A stretch of 64,000 nucleotides of DNA from an uncultured Clostridia bacterium (GTDB taxonomy: Bacteria; Bacillota; Clostridia; TANB77; CAG-508). A model generated the notes under the pieces. That model was given only the letters and a program-made list of their open reading frames with translations. It had not been told where the DNA came from and ran no database searches. Of the stretch, positions 18,346 to 27,716 are shown in pieces. The DNA lies in contig CAKPJC010000004.1 in NCBI GenBank assembly GCA_934162535.1, positions 30,540 to 94,539 on the forward strand, in the 5' to 3' direction. The first letter of the stretch is position 1; every line of letters begins with the position of its first letter. Position numbers and translations under genes: made by a program.

Positions 18346-20095
18346 TTTTTTCCTCTTCTTTTAATTGTATATGTACATCATCTAATTGTTGTTCTGTAAC
18401 TTTTGATGGCGATCTCATTAGTAAGTCTCTTGCTCTTTTATTTTTAGGGAATGCTATTACTTCTCTTATATTTGTTGAGTCAGCTATTAGCATTATTAGT
18501 CTATCAATTCCTGGTGCAGCACCTGCATGTGGTGGTGTTCCATATTGGAATGCATTATACAATGCACCAAATCTTGTTTTTACATCTTCTTCTGTATATC
18601 CTGCTATTTCAAATGCCTTTACCATTATTTCTGGGCTATGATTTCTTACAGCTCCTGATGCTGTTTCATATCCATTACATACCATGTCAAATTGATATGC
18701 TAATATGTCTAATGGATTTTTGGTTTCTAATGCTTCTAGTCCACCTTGTGGCATTGAAAATGGATTATGACAAAAGTCTATTGTTCCTTCGTCTGATAAT
18801 TCATACATTGGGAAGTCTACTATGAAACAGAATTTATATACATTTTTTTCTAATAAGTCTAGTCTTTTTCCAAGTTCTATTCTTATTAGTCCTGATATTT
18901 TTTGTGCTTTGTGTAATTCATCTGCTATAAAGAATATGCTATCTCCTGCTTTTACTCCATATTCTTTTTCTAGTTTTGCTTTTGCTTCTTCTGTTATGAA
19001 TTTTGCTATTCCACCTTGAATTGTTCCATCTTTTTCAAATTTTGTCCATGCTAAGCCTTTTGCCCCTACTTCGTCTGTTGTAGCATATTCTGTCATTTTG
19101 TCAAAGAATTTTCTTCCTTGCTCTGCACCATTTTGTACTACTATTGCTTTTACTGTTTTGTCTTTGAAAGCATTAAATTCTATATTTTTGAATACTTCTG
19201 TTACGTCTTGTATTATTAGTGGATTTCTTAAATCTGGCTTGTCTATTCCGTATTTTTCCATTGCTTCTTTATATGGTATTCTTATAAATGGTCCTTCATC
19301 TACTTTCCATGTTGTGTGTTTTTTGAATGTGTGTGTTGCCACTTGTTCCATAACTGTTAATACGTCATCTTGTGTTGCAAAACTCATTTCAAAGTCTAAT
19401 TGGTAGAATTCTCCTGGTGCTCTGTCTGCTCTAGGATCTTCATCTCTGAAACAAGGTGCTATTTGGAAGTATTTGTTGAATCCACTTACCATTAATAGTT
19501 GTTTGAATTGTTGTGGTGCTTGTGGTAGTGCATAAAATTCTCCTGGATTTAGTCTACTTGGTACTAAATAGTCTCTTGCTCCTTCTGGTGATGAGTTTGC
19601 TAGTATTGGTGTTTGTATTTCTGTAAATCCTAGTTCGTCCATTTTATCTCTCATTGTTTTTAGGACTTTTGAACGTAATAGTATTGTGTCATGTAGTTTT
19701 TTGTTTCTTAAGTCTAAAAATCTGTATTCTAATCTTAAATCTTCTCTTACATCTTGGTCTGTGTTTATTTCAAATGGTAATATGTTTTTGCATTTTCCAA
19801 GTATTTCTATTTTTTCTGCCACTACTTCTATTTCTCCTGTTGGCATTTTAGGATTTTTGCTACTTCTTTCCACAACTTTTCCATTTATGTGTATACAACT
19901 TTCTGTTGTATATTCTTTTGCCTGTTCTTGTAGTTTTTCATCATTTATTACTATTTGTGTTATTCCAAATTCGTCTCTTAGGTCTATGAATATCATTCCT
20001 CCTAAGTTACGAATTTTTTGTATCCATCCTGATAATTCTACTGTTTCTCCTACATTTTTTATTGTTAGTTCTCCTAAATTGTGTGTTCTATACAT
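18332..20095 (-). CDS. aspS: Aspartate--tRNA ligase
   Basis: MYRTHNLGEL start after RBS GGAGG. Motifs FRDEDPRADR, QLDFEMSF, GGLEALE, GAAPGIDRL. Confidence 0.95.
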   Translation of the reverse strand: MYRTHNLGELTIKNVGETVELSGWIQKIRNLGGMIFIDLRDEFGITQIVINDEKLQEQAKEYTTESCIHINGKVVERSSKNPKMPTGEIEVVAEKIEILGKCKNILPFEINTDQDVREDLRLEYRFLDLRNKKLHDTILLRSKVLKTMRDKMDELGFTEIQTPILANSSPEGARDYLVPSRLNPGEFYALPQAPQQFKQLLMVSGFNKYFQIAPCFRDEDPRADRAPGEFYQLDFEMSFATQDDVLTVMEQVATHTFKKHTTWKVDEGPFIRIPYKEAMEKYGIDKPDLRNPLIIQDVTEVFKNIEFNAFKDKTVKAIVVQNGAEQGRKFFDKMTEYATTDEVGAKGLAWTKFEKDGTIQGGIAKFITEEAKAKLEKEYGVKAGDSIFFIADELHKAQKISGLIRIELGKRLDLLEKNVYKFCFIVDFPMYELSDEGTIDFCHNPFSMPQGGLEALETKNPLDILAYQFDMVCNGYETASGAVRNHSPEIMVKAFEIAGYTEEDVKTRFGALYNAFQYGTPPHAGAAPGIDRLIMLIADSTNIREVIAFPKNKRARDLLMRSPSKVTEQQLDDVHIQLKEEEKNEKI

Positions 20096-20177
20096 TCTTA
20101 TTCCTCCATTGCTTTTCTCTTTTTTTGACATTTATAGTATACTTCCAATTGGTGGAATTGTCAAGTTTTTTGCATTA

Positions 20178-20205
20178 TTAAAAGCCGAGCTATAAACTCG
20201 GCTTT
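20178..20205 (-). terminator. Terminator after the NUDIX gene
   Basis: Stem AAAGCCGAG / CTCGGCTTT with a 7-nt loop. Confidence 0.55.
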
Positions 20206-20208
20206 GTG

Positions 20209-20703
20209 TTAGCAGGAGGTGAGAAATCTCTCGATGAACTTTATTTCGTCTTCTAGGATACCTGGAATCATCTCTCTGATAATTACATATCCTATAGCTT
20301 CTTCATCCAGCTTTATTTCTGGAATCTCAGGTAATCTCACAACATAACGATATGTCGTGAATAATACTTTATCCTTATTAGGATATTCATGGTAGTGAGT
20401 ATATGTTTCCACATACTCTAGTTCTTCTTCCAAAGTAATCCCTGTTTCTTCTTTCATCTCTCGGATAGCCCCCTCAATAGGTGTTTCTCCGTATTCTAAG
20501 GAACCTCCCCAAAGGCCCAAGCCTTCGTTTCTTGACCTTACTTGAAGAATAATTCCCTCAGGTGTGATTAGGCATATTTCGGTTGATTCCAGCTCAATCA
20601 TCATATGACGGTCGAGCCCCATTCTTTCCAGTTCGTTCCGGATTTCAAGGAAGTTCATTCCCCGAAATGTAGTGTTTCTCATTTCAGCAGTAACCTTTTT
20701 CAT
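20209..20703 (-). CDS. NUDIX hydrolase, compositionally foreign (GC-richer)
   Basis: NUDIX box GGSLEYGETPIEGAIREMKEETGI. Higher GC than its surroundings. Two in-frame CGG codons where Arg fits (EIRNEL, TFRGMN). Confidence 0.85.
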   Translation of the reverse strand: MKKVTAEMRNTTFRGMNFLEIRNELERMGLDRHMMIELESTEICLITPEGIILQVRSRNEGLGLWGGSLEYGETPIEGAIREMKEETGITLEEELEYVETYTHYHEYPNKDKVLFTTYRYVVRLPEIPEIKLDEEAIGYVIIREMIPGILEDEIKFIERFLTSC

Positions 20704-21142
20704 TTGGGTTACCTCCTTATATAATTTAGTATACTTTTATTTTACCACAGATTAATCTTTTATACAACTTTATCTTGTTTCTTCTTGTCCAATTTGGTTT
20801 AATGATAATTCTATCATTATTAAACTATGTTTCAAAAACTTTATGAATTAAGTGCAATATTTATTGCAAAATTATTATACTATGAAATATCCCAATTTGC
20901 AAAAACTTTTCATCGACAAATTTCGACTTTAGATATAAATTATTTTATTTTTTTCTCCATTTTAACAGAACAAATAAGCTAACTTTTAAAATGTACACAC
21001 AAGACTCAGGCATGCTCAAATCAAGGGTGGGAATACCCGAACCTTCTGTCATGATATTCCCACCCTCTTTTATGTGAATATATTTATCTGTTTAAAATCA
21101 ATGCGATACTTGTCATGGTGCATCACTATGCAGGATTCAGTG

Positions 21143-22816
21143 CTACTTTATGTAAAGTCCTCCTCCAATCCCGATAGTGTTGTTGCTGTAGTACGGATAG
21201 TTGCCGCTACGATCACTAGCATAATTGTACGTACCACTGTCGTTGTAAGCACCGCCCCTGCTGTACCTGAACCAAAAACTATAGCCCTCTAGTGTCCTTA
21301 GCCATACGTTCCCTGCTAGGTCGTATATGTTATTCGCTTTTGCTCCTTCATATGCTCCACTTGCTATTCTTGTTAAGCTTCCTAAGTTCTTTGTTGCAGT
21401 TGTTTTGGATGTATTTGTATAATATTCAAATTCAACATCAGAGTAATTTCCCCATGCTACTGAACCTTTATTTATATCTAATGGTGTTTTCTCTCCTGAT
21501 TTTATTAGCCAATTCATTACTTGGTCATATTGTGTTCCCCATATCATACTTGTTTTTACATTTGTATTCGCTCCTGATAACTTTTTACATTTTTTATACA
21601 TTTTATACCATGTTTGGTCTCCTATATTTGTATTCATTCTTTTTACTACTGGTGTTTTTTGACTTAAATCTCCTACTTCATATCTTCCTATATAAAATCC
21701 TCCATATGTTGCTACACTTTGTAACATTTCATAAAATTCTTGTTCCATTTCCATTAAAAATTCATATCTTGATATTCCTCCTAGATATTTTGTTAAATAC
21801 GTTGATTCCATATCGTATTTTGTTAATTGTGGCTCATATTTGTTATTACTTGTACTTTTTGTATATGATGTTGCATCTCCAGCATAACTTGTTCCATATA
21901 TCTTTCCATCTGTCTTATCTTCCCAATACATATCACTTACATCTTCTATTGGTACCCATACCCATTGATTTCTTTCACATTGGGATGTCCATTGGTTACT
22001 ATCTGTTACCTCTTCTGTTCCTTCATATATTACAAATCCTCCATATTTATGGTTTTGTATTGTATCTGTATTTCCATTGCTTTTTCTGTCATATATTTTT
22101 ACTTCTTTTACATATCCTTTATCTAGTTCTTTATTTTCTGAAGCATTTTTATTATATATTATTCTTAGTTTATATATTCCCTGATTTAATTCTACTTTTG
22201 TGTTCATATAAATTAAGTCTGATTCTGTATATCCTGAAGCCTTTGTTGCATAATATGACCCATTTAATTTTATTGTTGTTTTTTCTGTACTATTTGTTGT
22301 TGTGTTTATTATCTCTCCATATAAATAATCATTATAAAATTCACATGATACTGTCCAATTTAATTGTAATATTCCCCCATCTTCACTTACTGTAAACTCT
22401 TCTGATGTCATCTCACTTGTTGAACTATCTATGTTATAATTACCACTTGTCCATATTCCACTATCATTCTTTGTCCATGGATATGTTCCCTCTGATGTGA
22501 ATGTATCTGTTAAATTCTTATTTAGATACAATGTCTCAAATGTTCCATTTACATATGACTCGCTTTCTACTGATGATGCTGTATATCCTTTTGGCACTGG
22601 CACATCTATTCCATCTTTACTTTTTACCATTGTGTAATTATTAGGGTTCATTGCTTGTTTTTGTATTCTTCCTGTATTTTCTACTTCTACATTTTCCTCC
22701 TTTTTTGTTACTAAACAAATCACTGTTGTTACTAATATTATTGCAACCAATACTATTGAGATTATAACAATTGTTTTCTTATTTATCTTTTTAACTTTTA
22801 TGTCTTTCATAGACAA
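21143..22816 (-). CDS. Membrane-anchored FGE-sulfatase (SUMF1-like) domain protein, paralog of 3911-5713
   Basis: N-terminal TM segment IVIISIVLVAIILVTTVICLV. Motifs shared with 3911-5713: GGFVIYEG..., NQWVWVP, GGFYIGRYEVG, WGTQYDQVMNWL, NNIYDLAGNVW, RGGAYN. The last ~50 codons are GC-richer. Confidence 0.6.
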   Translation of the reverse strand: MSMKDIKVKKINKKTIVIISIVLVAIILVTTVICLVTKKEENVEVENTGRIQKQAMNPNNYTMVKSKDGIDVPVPKGYTASSVESESYVNGTFETLYLNKNLTDTFTSEGTYPWTKNDSGIWTSGNYNIDSSTSEMTSEEFTVSEDGGILQLNWTVSCEFYNDYLYGEIINTTTNSTEKTTIKLNGSYYATKASGYTESDLIYMNTKVELNQGIYKLRIIYNKNASENKELDKGYVKEVKIYDRKSNGNTDTIQNHKYGGFVIYEGTEEVTDSNQWTSQCERNQWVWVPIEDVSDMYWEDKTDGKIYGTSYAGDATSYTKSTSNNKYEPQLTKYDMESTYLTKYLGGISRYEFLMEMEQEFYEMLQSVATYGGFYIGRYEVGDLSQKTPVVKRMNTNIGDQTWYKMYKKCKKLSGANTNVKTSMIWGTQYDQVMNWLIKSGEKTPLDINKGSVAWGNYSDVEFEYYTNTSKTTATKNLGSLTRIASGAYEGAKANNIYDLAGNVWLRTLEGYSFWFRYSRGGAYNDSGTYNYASDRSGNYPYYSNNTIGIGGGLYIK

Positions 22817-22963
22817 CTCCTCCTCTGTTTTTAGATGCCAAAAAGACAGTGACTTAATAAGCCTTTTTGTGTTTGGCTTTTATCACTATCTTTTATTTTT
22901 ATTATTAAATTTTTCGTATTTTTTATTAGTTCGCAAATACCATGTTTAATAAAGCTATACCCA

Positions 22964-22986
22964 ATATATATATATATATATATATA
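22964..22986. repeat. (AT)11 dinucleotide microsatellite
   Basis: ATATAT... run read directly, in the intergenic region upstream of 21143-22816. Confidence 0.95.
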
Positions 22987-23116
22987 CAGCCCCAACGCTT
23001 TCACAGGTTTGTGTCTTAACTTTATCTTCCATGGTTTTCACCTCTTTGCTTCTAATTTGCTTAAATTATATATTTAGGCATCTTTAATGTCAATAATTTT
23101 TCTCAAAAAAATTCGC

Positions 23117-23887
23117 CTAAAAAATTCTAACAATATCATTATATGTTACAACTATCGTCAATCCTATCAGAATAGTAAAACCAATTAATTGTATCTTAGC
23201 TTCTGTCTCAATTGGCATAGGTTTTCTTCTAACAGCTTCAATAAGTAATATAACTATTTTTCCTCCATCCAGTGCTGGTATTGGTAATAAGTTCGTAACG
23301 CCCAGAGAAACAGATATAACTGCCATTAAATATATATAATTCATTAATCCATTTGTTTGAACGACTATCTCTGATATTCCAACAATTCCAACCATCTGGT
23401 CTACTGCTACACCACCGGTGAATAACATTTTTAGACTGTCTGCCATTGTTACAACAAATTTTCCAGTTGCTTGTGCTCCATAGTACATTCTATTTTGTAT
23501 TGTATCCCTTGCAGGATCTGCGAATTGTATTCCGAATGTTGAAATTATTATAAAATAAACTATTAATCCAAATAATATATTTACTATTGGTCCTGCAAAT
23601 ACTATTGCAAATCTCTTCCATAGCTTGGCTTTTGAAAATGAGCCTTCTTTGTCTGAAGCCTCATCTTCTCCTTCCATATTAACATATCCACCTAGTGGTA
23701 TTAATCTAAGCGAATATTTTGTTTCTTTCCATTGCTTTTGTAAAAGCTTTTTTCCAAATCCAACTGAGAATTCATTTACTTTTACTTTGCATAGTTTAGC
23801 TATGATAAAATGTCCACCTTCATGTATTATTACTAAAAATCCTAATAAAAATAATATTTTTATTGTATTTATTGTAAAATTTATCAA
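23117..23887 (-). CDS. M50 site-2 metalloprotease (RseP-like, apparently without a PDZ domain)
   Basis: HEGGHF (HExxH) in the first TM helix, NLLPIPALDGG near the C-terminus. Only 256 aa. Sits in the conserved position after cdsA. Confidence 0.8.
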   Translation of the reverse strand: MINFTINTIKILFLLGFLVIIHEGGHFIIAKLCKVKVNEFSVGFGKKLLQKQWKETKYSLRLIPLGGYVNMEGEDEASDKEGSFSKAKLWKRFAIVFAGPIVNILFGLIVYFIIISTFGIQFADPARDTIQNRMYYGAQATGKFVVTMADSLKMLFTGGVAVDQMVGIVGISEIVVQTNGLMNYIYLMAVISVSLGVTNLLPIPALDGGKIVILLIEAVRRKPMPIETEAKIQLIGFTILIGLTIVVTYNDIVRIF

Positions 23888-23897
23888 TGCTTCCTCC

Positions 23898-24716
23898 TTA
23901 TAATATTATCATATAAAATATATATGCAAATGGTGCTAAGAACATTAAACTGTCTATTCTGTCTAACATCCCACCATGACCTGGGATTAAGTTGCTGTAA
24001 TCTTTTACATTTACATATCTTTTTATGCTTGATGCTGCGAAGTCTCCTACTTGACCTATTAGACTTAATATTGCTGTTATTATTACTATATATAAATATG
24101 AATAATTTAAGCCATATATGTTATTTATTACTAAAGTATATATTATTGCAGTTATAACTGCTCCAAGTGTTCCTGCTATACATCCTTCTATTGATTTTTT
24201 AGGACTTACTTGGCTAAATTTGTGTTTTCCAAATTTCTTTCCTATAATATATGCAAATGTGTCTGTTCCCCATGCAGATATTATCGCATACCATACTATT
24301 ATTACGCCATTTTCCATGCCTCTTATTAGTGCTATAAATGCTATGCATGTTATAATATATAGTATTCCAAATATGGTATATGCTATATCTTTGAAATTTG
24401 TTTTCATATTTGTTATTATAACTTGTGCAAATGATATTACCATAAGTGTTGGAATAAGTAATAACATTATATTCTTTATTGCATCATCTGACATATGTTC
24501 TGTTACAATATGTATTAATCCTATGAATGCACATGATATATACCCTAGCCATCTTACTGGCTTACATTCTTTTTGTATCGCATTAAAATATTCTTGCATC
24601 GCAAGTATTGCTATTCCCATTAAAAATATATCTACTACATATTTGTTTCCAAATGTGAGTATTGCAACAACTAGTGGAAATCCTAATAATGCTGAAGCTA
24701 TCCTCTTTATATCCAT
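23898..24716 (-). CDS. cdsA: Phosphatidate cytidylyltransferase
   Basis: Polytopic 272-aa ORF with SIKRYVNVKDYSNLIPGHGGMLDRIDS. Lies after uppS. Confidence 0.9.
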   Translation of the reverse strand: MDIKRIASALLGFPLVVAILTFGNKYVVDIFLMGIAILAMQEYFNAIQKECKPVRWLGYISCAFIGLIHIVTEHMSDDAIKNIMLLLIPTLMVISFAQVIITNMKTNFKDIAYTIFGILYIITCIAFIALIRGMENGVIIVWYAIISAWGTDTFAYIIGKKFGKHKFSQVSPKKSIEGCIAGTLGAVITAIIYTLVINNIYGLNYSYLYIVIITAILSLIGQVGDFAASSIKRYVNVKDYSNLIPGHGGMLDRIDSLMFLAPFAYIFYMIIL

Positions 24717-24749
24717 GTTATCTCCTTTTCTTCTGCTTTCTTTTTTGTT

Positions 24750-25463
24750 TTAGTTTGCTCCAAACTTTCTTGTTCTTTTTTGATATTCTATAATCGCATT
24801 GTCTAAATCTTCTTCTGTGAAGTCTGGCCAATTTTTTTCTATAAATATGAATTCTGAATATACCACTTGCCATGGTAAAAAGTTACTTAATCTAATTTCT
24901 CCACTTGTTCTTATAACTAAGTCTGGGTCTGGCTGACCTTTTGTGTATAAGTTATTTGATACTAGTTCTTCATTTATATCTTCAATTTTTATTTCATCTT
25001 TTTTTACTTTTTCTGATATACTTTTTATTGCTTTTACTATTTCATCTCTTCCTCCATAGTTTAATGCAATATTAAATGTAACTCCTGTATTGTTTTTTGT
25101 TCTTTCCATACATTCTTTTATGCTTTTTTGCATTTTTGGTGCAAGTGCTGTTATGTCTCCAAGAATTTTTACTTTTATGTTTTCAGAATCCGCTCTTTTG
25201 CTGTAATCATCTAAATAGCTTTGTAGTAATGCCATTAGTGCTTTTACTTCTTCTTCTGCTCTTTTCCAGTTTTCTGTTGAAAATGCATATACTGTTATAT
25301 GTTTTAGCCCTATTTTGTTGGCATATCTTACTATTTTTTCTAATGTTTTTGCTCCTTCTTTGTGTCCAAATCCTGCTGGTTTTCCTTTGGCTCTAGCCCA
25401 TCTTCTATTTCCATCCATTATTATTGCTATATGTTGTGGCATATTTTCTTTATTAAATTCCAT
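24750..25463 (-). CDS. uppS: Isoprenyl transferase (undecaprenyl diphosphate synthase)
   Basis: HIAIIMDGNRRWA, YAFSTENWKR, RTSGEIRLSNFLPWQ. Confidence 0.95.
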   Translation of the reverse strand: MEFNKENMPQHIAIIMDGNRRWARAKGKPAGFGHKEGAKTLEKIVRYANKIGLKHITVYAFSTENWKRAEEEVKALMALLQSYLDDYSKRADSENIKVKILGDITALAPKMQKSIKECMERTKNNTGVTFNIALNYGGRDEIVKAIKSISEKVKKDEIKIEDINEELVSNNLYTKGQPDPDLVIRTSGEIRLSNFLPWQVVYSEFIFIEKNWPDFTEEDLDNAIIEYQKRTRKFGAN

Positions 25464-25474
25464 AAATCCCTCTT

Positions 25475-26023
25475 TTATACACTCATTATTTCGTTTTCTT
25501 TGTTTGCTAATATTTTGTCTATTTCTTCTATGTTTTTGTCTGTGATTTTTTGTATTTCTGTTTCTGCTGATTTTAGCTCATCTTCTGTTATTTCACTATT
25601 TTTTTGCTTTGTTTTTGCTTCATCTATTCCGTCTCTTCTTATTGCTCTTATTGCAACTTTTGCTTCTTCAGCTATCTTTTTGATTTCTTTTACTATTTCT
25701 TTTCTTCTCTCTTCATTTAATTCAGGAAATGCTAGTCTTATTACTTTTCCGTCATTATTTGTGTTAATTCCAATGTCTGATGCTAATATTGCTTTTTCTA
25801 TGTCTTTTAATATGCTTATATCCCATGGTTGAATAACTATTAGTCTTGCCTCTGGTACTGATACACCTGCTACTTGGTTTATTGGTGTAGGTGTTCCATA
25901 GTAGTCTACTTTCACTTTATTTAATATTGCTGGGTTTGCTCTTCCAGCTCTTATTTCTGATAATTTTTCGCTATATGCATTTATTGATTTTTGCATTCTT
26001 TCTTTTAAATTTGTATAATCCAT
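25475..26023 (-). CDS. frr: Ribosome recycling factor
   Basis: 182-aa ORF with IRAGRANPAILN and IRAIRRD. Lies between pyrH and uppS. Confidence 0.95.
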   Translation of the reverse strand: MDYTNLKERMQKSINAYSEKLSEIRAGRANPAILNKVKVDYYGTPTPINQVAGVSVPEARLIVIQPWDISILKDIEKAILASDIGINTNNDGKVIRLAFPELNEERRKEIVKEIKKIAEEAKVAIRAIRRDGIDEAKTKQKNSEITEDELKSAETEIQKITDKNIEEIDKILANKENEIMSV

Positions 26024-26085
26024 TTTATTTTCTCCTATTCTTTATTTATGATTTTCATTTCTCATTATATATTTCTTTTGTTGTT

Positions 26086-26793
26086 TTAGTCAACTAATGT
26101 TCCTATTTTTTCTCCTCTTATTGCTCTTACTATGTTTTCTGGATCTGCTATTCCAAATACTAGTAGTGGTATGTTGTTGTCTCTACACATAGCTGTTGCT
26201 GTTGAGTCCATTACTTTTAGATCTTTATTTAATACATCTATATATGATATTTCTTCAAATCTTATTGCATCTGGTTGTATTTTGGGATCTGCTGAATATA
26301 CTGCATCAACAGCTTTTCCAAGTAATATTATATCTGCTTGTATTTCTGTTGCTCTTAGTACTGCTGCTGTGTCTGTTGTGAAATAAGGATGACCAGTTCC
26401 ACATGCAAATATTACTACTCTTCCTTTTTCTAAATGTTTTATTGCCTTTCTTTGTATAAATGGCTCTGCTATTTCTCTCATTTCTATTGCTGTTTGTAGC
26501 CTTGAGTATATTCCTCTTGCTTCTAATGCATCTTGTAATGCTAACCCATTCATTGCTGTTGCTAACATTCCCATATAGTCTGCTGTTGTTCTTTCCATTT
26601 CATGCCCATTTCTTCCTCTCCAGAAGTTTCCTCCTCCAACTACTATTGCAACTTCAACTCCCATTTCCACTACTTCTTTTATTTTGTCACATATATTTCC
26701 TACTACTTCTGCATTTACTCCTGTTTTCATTTCTCCTGCAAGTGCTTCTCCGCTTAGCTTTAATAGTACTCTTTTATATTTTGCTTCTGACAT
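26086..26793 (-). CDS. pyrH: UMP kinase
   Basis: [36 protein letters not shown] at 26793 after RBS AGGAG; the track start at 26802 is a GTG inside the RBS. Confidence 0.95.
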   Translation of the reverse strand: MSEAKYKRVLLKLSGEALAGEMKTGVNAEVVGNICDKIKEVVEMGVEVAIVVGGGNFWRGRNGHEMERTTADYMGMLATAMNGLALQDALEARGIYSRLQTAIEMREIAEPFIQRKAIKHLEKGRVVIFACGTGHPYFTTDTAAVLRATEIQADIILLGKAVDAVYSADPKIQPDAIRFEEISYIDVLNKDLKVMDSTATAMCRDNNIPLLVFGIADPENIVRAIRGEKIGTLVD

Positions 26794-26877
26794 ATAACAC
26801 ACTCCTATCCATTTTTTCGTTATTTTATCATACTTTTGCTAAAAAGAGTAGTGTTTTATTAAATTTTTATTAATTTT

Positions 26878-26908
26878 TTAAAAGAGACAACTTTTATGAT
26901 TGTCTCTT
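26878..26908 (-). terminator. Terminator after pflA
   Basis: Stem AAGAGACAA / TTGTCTCTT overlapping the stop codon. Confidence 0.5.
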
Positions 26909-27635
26909 ATATTTTTAATATTTTTTTTGCTTTTTCTACTTCCTCTGTTGTGGCTTCTCTTACACCATCTAAGCTATATTTCAATCCCAATTTTTCCCAT
27001 TTATATTTTCCCATGCTATGATATGGTAAAACCTGAACTTTTTCAACAGTGTGTAGTGTATTTATAAATTCTTTTAGTTTTATCAAATCTTTTTCGTCAT
27101 CTGTATAACCTGGAATTAATACTTGTCTTATCCACATCCTTATGTTGTTGTCACTTAGATATTTTGCAAATTCGAGTTCTAGTTTGTTTGATTTTCCAAC
27201 CAAATCTTTGCATTTTTCGTCATCAATGTGTTTTATATCTAATAATACTAAATCTGTCATTTTTAATACTTCTTTTATATCTTCTGTTAGTGCAACCATC
27301 CCTGATGTATCTATACATGTGTTTATTCCTTCTTTTTTTAGTCTTTCGAAAAATTCTATAAGGAATTTCACTTGTAATAATGGCTCCCCTCCTGTAACAG
27401 TCACTCCTCCTCCTGATGGTATTATATAGTTTTTATATTCTTTTACTTTTTCCACTATGTCATCTACTGATTTATATTCTCCACCATTTATATCCCATGT
27501 ATCTCTATTGTGACAATATTTGCATTCTAAATGACATCCTTGTAAAAATAAAACAAATCTTATTCCCGGTCCATCAACTGTTCCAAAACTTTCAATTGAG
27601 TGCACTTTTGCATAGTATCTTATATCTTTTTCCAT
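26907..27635 (-). CDS. pflA: Pyruvate formate-lyase activating enzyme (radical SAM)
   Basis: GPGIRFVLFLQGCHLECKYCHN (CxxxCxxC). Lies downstream of pflB. Confidence 0.95.
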   Translation of the reverse strand: MEKDIRYYAKVHSIESFGTVDGPGIRFVLFLQGCHLECKYCHNRDTWDINGGEYKSVDDIVEKVKEYKNYIIPSGGGVTVTGGEPLLQVKFLIEFFERLKKEGINTCIDTSGMVALTEDIKEVLKMTDLVLLDIKHIDDEKCKDLVGKSNKLELEFAKYLSDNNIRMWIRQVLIPGYTDDEKDLIKLKEFINTLHTVEKVQVLPYHSMGKYKWEKLGLKYSLDGVREATTEEVEKAKKILKI

Positions 27636-27716
27636 GTTTCCTCTTTCTTCCTTTTAATGTTCATTTTTTATAGTTATATTTCAATTCTTCTATATAAAGC
27701 TAGATGATTATCATTT

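Noticed and set aside
21027-21067. The hairpin GGGTGGGAATA...TATTCCCACCC as the terminator of the 557-aa FGE gene.
   Set aside because: Its T-run (TCTTTT) lies on the plus strand, whereas the gene is on the minus strand. It is treated instead as an orphan element within the foreign patch.
22955-23032. A short ORF on the minus strand that runs through the (AT)n repeat (MEDKVKTQTCESVGAVYIYIYIYWV).
   Set aside because: It is only about 25 codons long, ends just after the repeat and has no recognisable features. The repeat is more plausibly a non-coding promoter-region element.
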